A stretch of DNA of 24,469 nt, from NCBI GenBank assembly GCA_048938445.1, contig JBHLME010000065.1, forward strand, positions 1-24,469. Reading direction: 5' to 3'. This stretch comes from Promethearchaeota archaeon. Lineage in GTDB: Archaea; Asgardarchaeota; Lokiarchaeia; Sigyniarchaeales; SOKP01. Shown piece after piece: positions 8,819-17,576 of this stretch. The first letter of the stretch is position 1; each line of letters opens with the position of its first letter. The position numbers and the translations under genes were made by a program. The notes under the pieces are model-generated. The model was given only the letters and a program-made list of their open reading frames with translations. It had not been told where the DNA came from and did not search any database.

Positions 8819-9136
8819 TTTTTTCAACCTCTTATTTTTCTATTTATAATTATTAAATTATTAACAATTATCCTGTTTAGATTATTTTTATTTCAAAATT
8901 AAATTTAATAATTAAATTGGGTATCTGAATTATTAAATGTTATTAAAAATTTAGAACATTTTAAAACAATCGATAGAATAAAAAATAAGATAATGACGAG
9001 AAGGATCAATTTAGATTATTATTTTTTCAAATTTTATGATATATTAACTTAAAAATAACAAAATAATAATAAAAAAAATAAGTAAGTTAAGGATTTTTGT
9101 AATCATGTAGAAAAATAATAATATAGATATTTCTAA

Positions 9137-9415
9137 CTACTTGGGCGGAGCAATTACAATTTCAATACTTGAAACATTATTGGTTTGCTTATTTTCACCT
9201 TTAATCTGTTCAGTAGCAAGAGTTATATCCTTATATGATATTCCTTTTAAAAATCTATTTCTTAATATTTCACAAACATCCACAGCATGAGAGATAGCTC
9301 TACCTCGAGCTTTAACCGTGCAATCTTCTCCCTTGTTAAGAACCATCATTGCCGCCATAACATAATTCATAGTAGGACGACGCCCGATAAATACTGAGTT
9401 TTCTTCTTTTGACAT
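9137..9415 (-). CDS. albA: DNA/RNA-binding chromatin protein Alba
   Basis: VFIGRRPTMNYV, VKARGRAISHAVDV, RNRFL and VSSIEIVI are diagnostic Alba motifs; GAGGT SD upstream. Confidence 0.95.
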   Translation of the reverse strand: MSKEENSVFIGRRPTMNYVMAAMMVLNKGEDCTVKARGRAISHAVDVCEILRNRFLKGISYKDITLATEQIKGENKQTNNVSSIEIVIAPPK

Positions 9416-9637
9416 TTATTTGACCTCTATTTCAGTTTTTAGTTATATTATTGTGTTATAATTGAATTTTGATTTACTTAATGTCATATATATTGTTTTG
9501 TTCTTGATTAAAAATACTTAATTACTATTTAGAATTCATGATATTTACTATTAGATTAGCTAAAAGTAAAATACAATCTGTAGAATTATAGGATTGTTAT
9601 AAATTTTATTAATTAATAAAATTTAGTAAACATATTG

Positions 9638-10252
9638 CTAATTTAAAGTTTTCGTATCTTCCTTATATTTTTGTAAATCTTTTCCATTTTCTACATTTCT
9701 TTCATTTTCCTTTTCCTTGATATAATCGAATATCATTGAAATACCGAGATAAAAAATAATTATGATTAAAATTATATATAATAATCCTGATCTATCAAAA
9801 ATTAATTTAATCCATCCAATATATGGTATTCCTCCAATAACAACTCCATAGACAAATTCTTCTCTTACAAAGTAAGGATCTGGTATTTCATTATTATCAC
9901 CTTTCGTTTCAAAATATAACACTCCACTATAATTATGTATCCCAATAACCCGATGAACTACCGGAATTGAAGGATCTGATGACCAAATAGCATGGAAAAC
10001 AATTATGGATTCATTTTGTATTTCTGAACCATCCACGCCCTTTACGAATAACATGTCTCCTTCATTTAAAGTTGGGCTCATAGATCCTGAAGATACGACA
10101 ACAACAGGAGTTTGGGTATTCAGAGAGAGTTGTAAAGTTGAAAAGGTGATAAATGAAGCTAAAACGGCAATAATAATTACAACTATAGGAATAAGGAATT
10201 TCTTAAATGATTTGACTTTCTCTATCACAGTGTTTATTTTCTCTTTATCCAT
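9638..10252 (-). CDS. sec11: signal peptidase I, archaeal/ER-type (S26B)
   Basis: VVVSSGSMSPTL (catalytic Ser), VVHRV (His), TKGDNN..PDP; N- and C-terminal TM helices. Confidence 0.92.
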   Translation of the reverse strand: MDKEKINTVIEKVKSFKKFLIPIVVIIIAVLASFITFSTLQLSLNTQTPVVVVSSGSMSPTLNEGDMLFVKGVDGSEIQNESIIVFHAIWSSDPSIPVVHRVIGIHNYSGVLYFETKGDNNEIPDPYFVREEFVYGVVIGGIPYIGWIKLIFDRSGLLYIILIIIIFYLGISMIFDYIKEKENERNVENGKDLQKYKEDTKTLN

Positions 10253-10362
10253 TTTACTAAACTTTTTCCTAGACGTGAATAACTAGATATATTATATTAT
10301 TATTATAATAATATGAATATAAAGAAAGCATAGAAAAAAAAGATTGATAATTTTTAAATTAG

Positions 10363-11562
10363 TTATTGTTCTAATGCTTTTAAAATTAGATCCGTTAAAT
10401 CAAGCATCTTTATATTAGATCCGAGCAATTCAATAGCATCAGATAGATTCCTATAACAAAAAGGACATGTACTCACGAGATATTTTGCACCTGTTTTTAC
10501 TGCATCTTCTATTCGATTTTTAGCTATTTCAATTGATAGCTCTGGGAATCCTTTTTTAACCCCTCCTCCAGCACCACAACACATTGCTGATTCTCTATTC
10601 GTATCCATTTCAATGAAGTCGGAGATTTCATTTAATATTATTCTTGGAGCATCATAAACACCCATGTGCCTGCCAAGATGACATGGGTCGTGATAAGTTG
10701 TTTTTATACCTAGATTTTTCAATTTAGAACTGTTATTTTTAATGAAATCTGCTAAAAATTCTACAGTATGTAAAACTTCAATATCTTTTAATTTTTCTAG
10801 ATAATCTTTTTTCAAGGTTCGATAACAACCTGCACAACTAGTAATAATTTTTTTTATACCTCGTTCTTCGAATAATTTAACATTTTTTTCAGCGACATTT
10901 TCGAAAGCTTTCCTATCTCCTGTTCTCATCGCCACGCTTCCACAACAAATTTCTTTTTCACCAAATACACCGAAATTAATACCTAATTTATTTAATATTT
11001 TAGCAGTATCTATTGCGACGTTTTGAATCTGGGGTGTTAAAGCAGCAGTACACCCTACAAAATATAAAATTTCCACATCTTCTTGAATTGCATCTTTTAT
11101 CTTGAAATCTAATTTTTCAATCCAGTTGCTTTTTTCTTTATTATCTCGCTCATAGGGGTTCAATAATTCAACAAGAGCTCTATTCATGGGAATCTGTGCT
11201 TCAATTGGATAACCCGCTTCTACTAAATCCGCCCTTAAAGCCTCAAATACATTCACGTGATCAATCCAATCATGAGTTTTAAACTTGACATATTCATTGT
11301 GGGAATTATGACAAAAATCTTCACAAGAACCACATAATGTACATTGAAAAATTATATCGCTTATCTCTTGGCTTAATTCTAAATCACCCCAAAAGAGCCC
11401 TTTCAGGATCATATTTTTACCTCGTGAAAAAAAAGGTTCAAATTTCGGTGTAATATCCGTTTTTAATACAGGACAAACATAATAGAATCCTTTCTCTGGC
11501 CAATTTGCAGCCCTACATTGCCCACATTGAACACATGCTAATGCTGCCTCTTTTACATGCAT
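10363..11562 (-). CDS. Fe-S oxidoreductase, GlpC/HdrD/GlcF-like (two 4Fe-4S motifs plus two CCG domains)
   Basis: CVQCGQC, CTLCGSCEDFC, YFVGC, EICCG, TSCAGC, YHDPCHLGR, MCCGAGGG, STCPFC. The true start may lie upstream at 11613/11616. Confidence 0.9.
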   Translation of the reverse strand: MHVKEAALACVQCGQCRAANWPEKGFYYVCPVLKTDITPKFEPFFSRGKNMILKGLFWGDLELSQEISDIIFQCTLCGSCEDFCHNSHNEYVKFKTHDWIDHVNVFEALRADLVEAGYPIEAQIPMNRALVELLNPYERDNKEKSNWIEKLDFKIKDAIQEDVEILYFVGCTAALTPQIQNVAIDTAKILNKLGINFGVFGEKEICCGSVAMRTGDRKAFENVAEKNVKLFEERGIKKIITSCAGCYRTLKKDYLEKLKDIEVLHTVEFLADFIKNNSSKLKNLGIKTTYHDPCHLGRHMGVYDAPRIILNEISDFIEMDTNRESAMCCGAGGGVKKGFPELSIEIAKNRIEDAVKTGAKYLVSTCPFCYRNLSDAIELLGSNIKMLDLTDLILKALEQ

Positions 11563-11628
11563 TAAATTCTTTAGTTGAGTTTTAGTATCTTCTTGTTTTT
11601 TCTCTACTTCTATAATTTACCTCACCAT

Positions 11629-13131
11629 TTAATAATGATCTGTCAAATAAAACTTCCCAGGACTTAAAATTCCATTGGGATCGAGTGCTTTTTTCATTGT
11701 TATCATAAAATTGTAATATTCTTCACTTAAAGCGCCAGAATCTACTAATGTACGTCCGATTATTTCACCCATCCAATAATGAACACCGCCTAATTCTTTA
11801 ATTTGCATTGTTAACAAATCTTTCCATAATTCCTCTTGAAGTTCTCTGTTTTCTCTATTGGTAGTAAAGGAAAGACCTCCAGTAACATCAAGATAATTTG
11901 GATGGACTCCAAACACTATGAATTCAGCACTAGCATTGCCAAGTGATAAGAGTTTTTTGGAATTTTTCCTGTTAAATTCATCATATAATTCAACATATTT
12001 GGGCAATTGATTAGTCCTACACTTTAAACAAGTCCCGCAAGAAGTAGTATCTGCACCAACAAGCCCCCAATATATGTGAGCCCATTGCCATCTACCATTC
12101 TCCTCATAAAACCATTTTGCAATATTCCCATCTTCTACGTTAGACCCAAAATCTTTAAGATCCATCCCTTTTGCCATTTTTTCAATTTTTTCTACTTGAA
12201 TATCTAATTCCTTTTGCGTGTCAGCTACGGTGACATAAAATAATACGCTTCCCTTTATTCTCTTATCTGCCCATCCTTGAACTAACCTTATTCCTTTCAA
12301 GTACATCGCATACTGCCTCGTATAGTAATAAAAATCATGAATCGGAACTTGCGAATGTTGCCATTTCATCATAAGTTCTGATGCTTTTACATATTCTTTC
12401 ATTTCAGGGGTGTTTCTAATTTCATAAGTATTATATGCAGCATATTCGGGAATTGGATATAAATTAAAGGATGCTTTTGTTTTTATTCCATGAATCCCCA
12501 CATCACCTAGAAATAATCCACTATAATCTGGACCTAATCCAAATCTAGTAAAAGGCTTGTCGCAAAAAGAATTTGCTTTTGCACCAGTAAAAATGAGTTC
12601 TCCAGTAGGTAAAACCACTTCTAATCCAACACATTGTTCTGTTACTGCACCATACATCGCCGCACCACCGCCTCCAACTGTATTATTGGAAAGACCACCA
12701 CCTATTGTTGCTGAGAAGCCCGAACCAGGACCAGTTGAGCCTGTGTAGTAACCAATACCTACTTTGCTTAATTGTTCACATAATTCACTCCATGAGATAC
12801 CAGTCTCAACTGTTACTATTAAACTTTCCTCATCAACATCTAAAATTTTATTCATTCTGGTTAAGTCGATTACAACACCTCCATCACCAATAGGTTTAGC
12901 CCCACCAGTTAGATCTGCTCCACCACCTCGTGGTATGAGTTTAATTTTTTCTTTATTTGCAACTTTTATTATATCCGCTACCTCTTCAGCATTACCCGGC
13001 CTTACTACGACATCGGGAATTCCCTGCAAGACAGTATCACAATTCATTGAATAAGAATAACATATGGGTTTTGAATCAGAGACATACTTAGTTCCTACAA
13101 TATCTTCTATTTTTTCATAAACATTTTGCAA
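11629..13131 (-). CDS. FAD-binding oxidoreductase, VAO/PCMH superfamily (GlcD/D-lactate-dehydrogenase-like)
   Basis: PDVVVRP, PRGGGADLTGG, ATIGGGLS, GLEVVLPTG, GIHGI and LDPNGILSPGK motifs; TTG start. Confidence 0.88.
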   Translation of the reverse strand: MQNVYEKIEDIVGTKYVSDSKPICYSYSMNCDTVLQGIPDVVVRPGNAEEVADIIKVANKEKIKLIPRGGGADLTGGAKPIGDGGVVIDLTRMNKILDVDEESLIVTVETGISWSELCEQLSKVGIGYYTGSTGPGSGFSATIGGGLSNNTVGGGGAAMYGAVTEQCVGLEVVLPTGELIFTGAKANSFCDKPFTRFGLGPDYSGLFLGDVGIHGIKTKASFNLYPIPEYAAYNTYEIRNTPEMKEYVKASELMMKWQHSQVPIHDFYYYTRQYAMYLKGIRLVQGWADKRIKGSVLFYVTVADTQKELDIQVEKIEKMAKGMDLKDFGSNVEDGNIAKWFYEENGRWQWAHIYWGLVGADTTSCGTCLKCRTNQLPKYVELYDEFNRKNSKKLLSLGNASAEFIVFGVHPNYLDVTGGLSFTTNRENRELQEELWKDLLTMQIKELGGVHYWMGEIIGRTLVDSGALSEEYYNFMITMKKALDPNGILSPGKFYLTDHY

Positions 13132-13176
13132 TTAGTTCACATTCCACATATTTTATTAAAATTAAAAAATAATAGT

Positions 13177-13917
13177 TTATTCAAGAACCACTCCATTAGG
13201 AAGTATCATGTCACATTGGACATAGAATGCAGATAAGTCAGTATCAGCATGTTGAAATATTTCATGGCAAATATCATACTTTGAATATTCCGTGTTTACA
13301 AAATTTACTTTTGCACTCATTTTCGTCTTGAAGTTATCAAATTTCAAATATGTTGCCGTCTTTTGTTTGAGTACTGGATTTGAGTTATCAGTAATATCAG
13401 GAATGATTTTCAAGTTGTATAATGGCATTAGACTCTCGATCATTGCTTTAGGATCTAACTTTGGTGGTTCATCAGAAACCTCAACTTCCATATCAAGAAA
13501 TTTAATACCTCTTCTGGTTAAACTACCTCTTACCTTGTTATCTTTTAATTCTGAGAGTTGAATATCTGCAATTTTCTTAGGATATCCCCAAATTTCTCTT
13601 CCAGCACAAAGGGCATCATCAGTAGTTACGTAGATGTTTAACACAAATAAACCCATTTTATTACCATGTTTACATGTTAACATTATCAAGGATTCATTAT
13701 AAGGGCCAATTGTCGTGTCCGGATATTCTGTAATAAAAAGAACATCTGAAGTTCTCAAGGCTCTGAAACCTGGAGGTAAATACTTCTTTTTAACGTCTAA
13801 TGGCGTTTGAAATAAAGATATAATTGCTCTCATTTGTGGATAATGGTAAGGAGGGGGAGGAAATAACCCACATTGATGAGGCATTGAATAATCTATCTGT
13901 TGTTCATATTCTACCAT
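13177..13917 (-). CDS. acetoacetate decarboxylase-like superfamily protein
   Basis: YPDTTIGPYNE and AGREIWGYPKK (Schiff-base Lys) motifs. Confidence 0.88.
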   Translation of the reverse strand: MVEYEQQIDYSMPHQCGLFPPPPYHYPQMRAIISLFQTPLDVKKKYLPPGFRALRTSDVLFITEYPDTTIGPYNESLIMLTCKHGNKMGLFVLNIYVTTDDALCAGREIWGYPKKIADIQLSELKDNKVRGSLTRRGIKFLDMEVEVSDEPPKLDPKAMIESLMPLYNLKIIPDITDNSNPVLKQKTATYLKFDNFKTKMSAKVNFVNTEYSKYDICHEIFQHADTDLSAFYVQCDMILPNGVVLE

Positions 13918-14024
13918 TTTTTTTCACTTTTTTGCATATTTAAACTGTAAATTTTTTTACTAATTTTATTTTGATTTGTTTATATTTAAATATTTATAAA
14001 TAGGTATACTTCGTTTATCATATT

Positions 14025-14606
14025 ATGAATGAAAAAAAAGATAATGTAATCTGTACCCGTGTGGATGATCACCTTTTAACATATATTCAAGATTATTCAA
14101 AAAAATATGATCTCTCAGTCAGCAAATTAATTCGAGATTCATTGATGTATTACTTACAATATGCTCGAAAAGATGAGGATTCAATCGCTCCAATGATATT
14201 TTTTGCTAAAGGAGAATTTACATATCTTATTGATAATTTAAATGAGGAACAAATGAAAGAACTTGCGGATAGTTCATATCAAACAGCACTCCGGGGAATC
14301 GAGAATTATATTTTAAGAAGACTAAACCAAAAATTTGATCCTCTTAAGATAAAACCTCGATCTTTAATGATGATTCTTAATAGGGCAATTTTAAGTTATG
14401 GTGCCCAAAATTGGTTGAATGACATTCAAACTAATATTCACGCCAATAAGATTTCTTATGCTGCCACTCATAACTTCAGCTCGAATTTCTCTATTTATTT
14501 AAAATATTTCATTTCCAAATTCTTTGAACCTTACGGTTATGTTTTAAATAAGGAAACCATTCAGGAAAAAAAGGTCCATTTTATTTTCACACTTCACGCA
14601 AAATAA
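14025..14606 (+). CDS. ribbon-helix-helix transcription regulator with C-terminal putative ligand-binding domain
   Basis: N-terminal VICTRVDD...SVSKLIRDSL fits the RHH/CopG pattern; divergent from the adc-like operon. Confidence 0.65.
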   Translation: MNEKKDNVICTRVDDHLLTYIQDYSKKYDLSVSKLIRDSLMYYLQYARKDEDSIAPMIFFAKGEFTYLIDNLNEEQMKELADSSYQTALRGIENYILRRLNQKFDPLKIKPRSLMMILNRAILSYGAQNWLNDIQTNIHANKISYAATHNFSSNFSIYLKYFISKFFEPYGYVLNKETIQEKKVHFIFTLHAK

Positions 14607-14647
14607 AGATTAGAAAAGTAATAATAACTAATTATATTTTCCTTATC

Positions 14648-15451
14648 ATGGATATTGATCTAATAATAATAATTTTATTACTAATCTTTGGTTTCCTCAT
14701 TGGTAATATCGCTACAATTACCGGAATAGGAGGTGGTGTAATGTATGTTCCAACTTTAGTGATATTACTCTCTCTTCCATTTGATATTGCACGTGGAACA
14801 TCACTTTTTGTCATTTTAATATCCTCTGGAGCGGGCTTTGTTATTTATTTAAAAGATAAACGAACTAATTTGAAATTAACAGTTATATTTGGTAGTTTTT
14901 CTATCATTGGTAGTATTTTAAGCACGATCATATTTGGTATTTTAATACCAATTGATAATACATTACTTAGGATCATTTTTGCCTTGGTTTTAATATTTAT
15001 GGGAGTTTTAATGTTAATTAGAAGTATCATATCAAATAATAATTTAAAAAATTCTAAAGAATTGCCAAAAGAAATATCTTTAGATAGTAATGAATATAAA
15101 TCTAATCTTAAAAAAGCGATTCCCTTATTCATCATGGCGGGTTTTATTTCCAATCTGATTGGAATCGGTGGGGGCGTTATCAACACACCGTCACTTCACA
15201 TGGTTTTAGGTTTCTCCATTCACAACTCAACTGCTATATCTACTTCGATAATATTTGTAACACAAATTTATAATACCATTGTAAATGGGTTAATGGAATT
15301 AGTTGATTTCTTATTTGGATTATTAATAGGAATTGGTTCAGTAATAGGGTCCATTACGGGAGCTAAAATTTCAAAAAAGATACCTAAAGTATATTTACAA
15401 TTTTTAATATCGATAGTATTAGTTATTTTGGCAATTCGAATGTTTTTTTAG
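14648..15451 (+). CDS. TauE/SafE (TSUP) family sulfite/organosulfur exporter
   Basis: Duplicated GIGGG..P motifs (GIGGGVMYVP, GIGGGVINTP), A.GTSL, about 8 TM helices. Confidence 0.92.
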   Translation: MDIDLIIIILLLIFGFLIGNIATITGIGGGVMYVPTLVILLSLPFDIARGTSLFVILISSGAGFVIYLKDKRTNLKLTVIFGSFSIIGSILSTIIFGILIPIDNTLLRIIFALVLIFMGVLMLIRSIISNNNLKNSKELPKEISLDSNEYKSNLKKAIPLFIMAGFISNLIGIGGGVINTPSLHMVLGFSIHNSTAISTSIIFVTQIYNTIVNGLMELVDFLFGLLIGIGSVIGSITGAKISKKIPKVYLQFLISIVLVILAIRMFF

Positions 15452-16604
15452 ATTCTTTCTGACGATAAATATATTGAAAGGTAAAAATAACACATATAGA
15501 AATACAAATAATTGTGAGGATTGTCATTATTTCAGAATCTAATGCGTTTAAGTCAAAATTCCATGGATACCTCCCTTGATAGTCATTATTTGCACCAATT
15601 AAATAATTATTATAAATAAACTGTTCTACGGTTTTTCCGGTTACTTCAAGACTATGGATAGAAAGTGTCGTGATATCATCTTTAACAGTGTGGTGATAAG
15701 GCCAACCTGGATTATTCCAGAAATTAATTATCAAATCTGCTGATGGAATTCCTAATGCTATAAAATGATAATGATCGTCAAACACAAGATTAGAGGTTCG
15801 AAATGAAGGAAATTCAGTGTTATATCCTAAAAATCTTCCCACATCAAATAGTTCATCTAACAAAGATGAGGTAGAATATTGTTCTGCGATAAATTGAAGG
15901 TTCATTCCTCCAACCATATCCAAGAGAATCATACCATCAATCTGTTCTTCATTTGAATTGTAAAAATCTTGAATGTCTTGAGTAAATTTTTCAGATCCCT
16001 CACACCAATCCCATCCATCGATTCCATAACCTCCAGAATCTTCTCCTTGATCTTCGGCATCAAAAAATAAGAACCAAACTTGACATTCTAGGTTATTCCT
16101 ATTTTGGTATAAAACACTAGCAAGTTCTATTAAAACAGCACAACCACTAGCACCATCATTCGCACCAGGGATGGGATCTGATCTTTTCATAATATCTGGA
16201 TCTTTGGTAGCCTTTGCTCGAGAATCATAATGAGCACCTAATATTACAATATTTTTTTTATTTTCATTCAATTTAAACAAGAGATTTTGACAATCAACTG
16301 ATTGAATAGTAAAATTGTGTAAGATATAGGTAAAACTAGCATCTATTTCTTGAAATTTTGTAATAAAATATTGAGCACAATCCTCCCTTCCTTTTGTTCC
16401 GGGGATTCTATAATGTGTTGTATTTAAATCCAGTTGGTCTTGAATATATTGATAAGCATAAGCCTCATTAAAATTTAATTCTACGACAATATTATTAATA
16501 TGAGGGGAATTTGATAATATAATAAAAGAAGATGAAAAGAATAAGAATATGAAGATAATTGAATTGAATAGGATATACATATTCAAGCTCTTCTTTATTA
16601 CCAT
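15423..16604 (-). CDS. membrane-anchored M28-family metallopeptidase / glutaminyl cyclase-like protein
   Basis: GAHYDSR, GANDGASG, FFDAED, LLDMVG, DDH, YHHT; N-terminal signal/TM and C-terminal TM anchor. Confidence 0.85.
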   Translation of the reverse strand: MVIKKSLNMYILFNSIIFIFLFFSSSFIILSNSPHINNIVVELNFNEAYAYQYIQDQLDLNTTHYRIPGTKGREDCAQYFITKFQEIDASFTYILHNFTIQSVDCQNLLFKLNENKKNIVILGAHYDSRAKATKDPDIMKRSDPIPGANDGASGCAVLIELASVLYQNRNNLECQVWFLFFDAEDQGEDSGGYGIDGWDWCEGSEKFTQDIQDFYNSNEEQIDGMILLDMVGGMNLQFIAEQYSTSSLLDELFDVGRFLGYNTEFPSFRTSNLVFDDHYHFIALGIPSADLIINFWNNPGWPYHHTVKDDITTLSIHSLEVTGKTVEQFIYNNYLIGANNDYQGRYPWNFDLNALDSEIMTILTIICISICVIFTFQYIYRQKESKKTFELPK

Positions 16605-16660
16605 ACTTATGATAAATAAGCAATAATTTATAATCCTTTATACAAGTCTCGGAGTATAAT

Positions 16661-16670
16661 AAAAAAAAAA
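16661..16670 (-). terminator. oligo-T terminator of the tautomerase gene
   Basis: A10 on + strand (T10 on -) 7 nt after the TGA stop. Confidence 0.5.
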
Positions 16671-16677
16671 TTTTAAA

Positions 16678-16884
16678 TCATTGAGGTGGTCCCGCGTCAG
16701 GACGAGATTCTGTTGAGGGTTTCCCTTCAATACCCCAATGAGATTTTGGTATTTCATTAATAATTACTTCTACAGCATATTGGGGAATCCCTAAATCAAC
16801 AAATACTTTAGTTACTCCTCCAATCACTTTCTTGATGTTTTCTTCAGAAAATCCTTTCCATACATATATTTGAGCTAAAGGCAA
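16678..16884 (-). CDS. 4-oxalocrotonate tautomerase family protein
   Basis: Catalytic Pro-1 after Met removal, 68 aa, VEVIINEIPKSHWGIEG; strong AGGAGGT SD before the TTG start. Confidence 0.9.
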   Translation of the reverse strand: MPLAQIYVWKGFSEENIKKVIGGVTKVFVDLGIPQYAVEVIINEIPKSHWGIEGKPSTESRPDAGPPQ

Positions 16885-17088
16885 TTAAATAACCTCCTTT
16901 TAAAGAAATTTTAAATATCAATAAGAATGAAATGCTAAAAAAATTATCATTTTATAAGCAATATAAATACTTAAAACTGAGTAGAGGTGTGCTGATTTGA
17001 ATGGAAGCTTAACCCAAATTGAGATTTAGAAACCTTTTTTTTATATTTTATTTTATATCATAATAAAATATTTGTCAAATTGACTATC

Positions 17089-17535
17089 ATGACCGAAGAA
17101 AATAATTTAGAGCCAGTTAAATGGGACGATTATAAAGTTGGTGATTCTGCAAAATTCACGAAAACAATAACGGAAGAAGATGTCATGAAATTTGCAGAAG
17201 TTTCAGGAGATTATAATCCAATACATGTAAATCCTGAATATGCAAAAACTCAAATGTTTGGAAAACAAGTAGCTCACGGGATAATTAGTGCGGGGCTTAT
17301 ATCTGCTTCTCTTGGAGTCAAATTATTCGGACCAGGAATCTTATATGGTGAACAATCAGTGAGATTTGTTAAACCAGTATTTTTCGGAGATAGATTAACG
17401 GCAGTTGCTACAGTGAAGGAAAAGTTTACCAAAAAAGAAGGAAAGTTAAAATTCGTTAAATGTGATACAAAAGTATATAATCAAAATGATGAGTTAGTAA
17501 CAGACGGAGAAGCTGTAATTTTAATTTTAAATTAA
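17089..17535 (+). CDS. MaoC/PhaJ-like (R)-specific enoyl-CoA hydratase (hot-dog fold)
   Basis: FAEVSGDYNPIH...YA...FGKQVAHG hydratase motif. ATG at 17089 is preferred over TTG at 17080. Confidence 0.9.
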   Translation: MTEENNLEPVKWDDYKVGDSAKFTKTITEEDVMKFAEVSGDYNPIHVNPEYAKTQMFGKQVAHGIISAGLISASLGVKLFGPGILYGEQSVRFVKPVFFGDRLTAVATVKEKFTKKEGKLKFVKCDTKVYNQNDELVTDGEAVILILN

Positions 17536-17576
17536 AAAGAAGTTATTTACAAAAATAATTTCATTATTAATTTTCA

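Noticed and set aside
10298-10313. 16-bp palindrome TATTATTATAATAATA upstream of sec11
   Set aside because: AT-only, low-complexity TAT repeat; expected by chance in this composition.
13982-14002. Overlapping AT palindromes between the adc-like gene and the RHH regulator
   Set aside because: Most simply explained as back-to-back TATA boxes of a divergent promoter.
16638-16659. TTATAC-N10-GTATAA inverted repeat upstream of the M28 gene
   Set aside because: Six-bp AT-rich arms are too weak to support without conservation data.
16495-16680. Possible UGA (selenocysteine) readthrough of the tautomerase stop; the frame stays open for about 60 codons
   Set aside because: A T10 terminator follows the stop, the tautomerase domain is already complete, the extension overlaps the M28 gene out of frame, and there is no redox-motif context.
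16992-17024. SECIS-like or C/D-box-like pattern (CTGA...AA...TGAG)
   Set aside because: No purine before UGA, a short imperfect stem, no proper box C, and no upstream + strand gene with an in-frame UGA. Kept only as a generic small-RNA or micro-ORF candidate.
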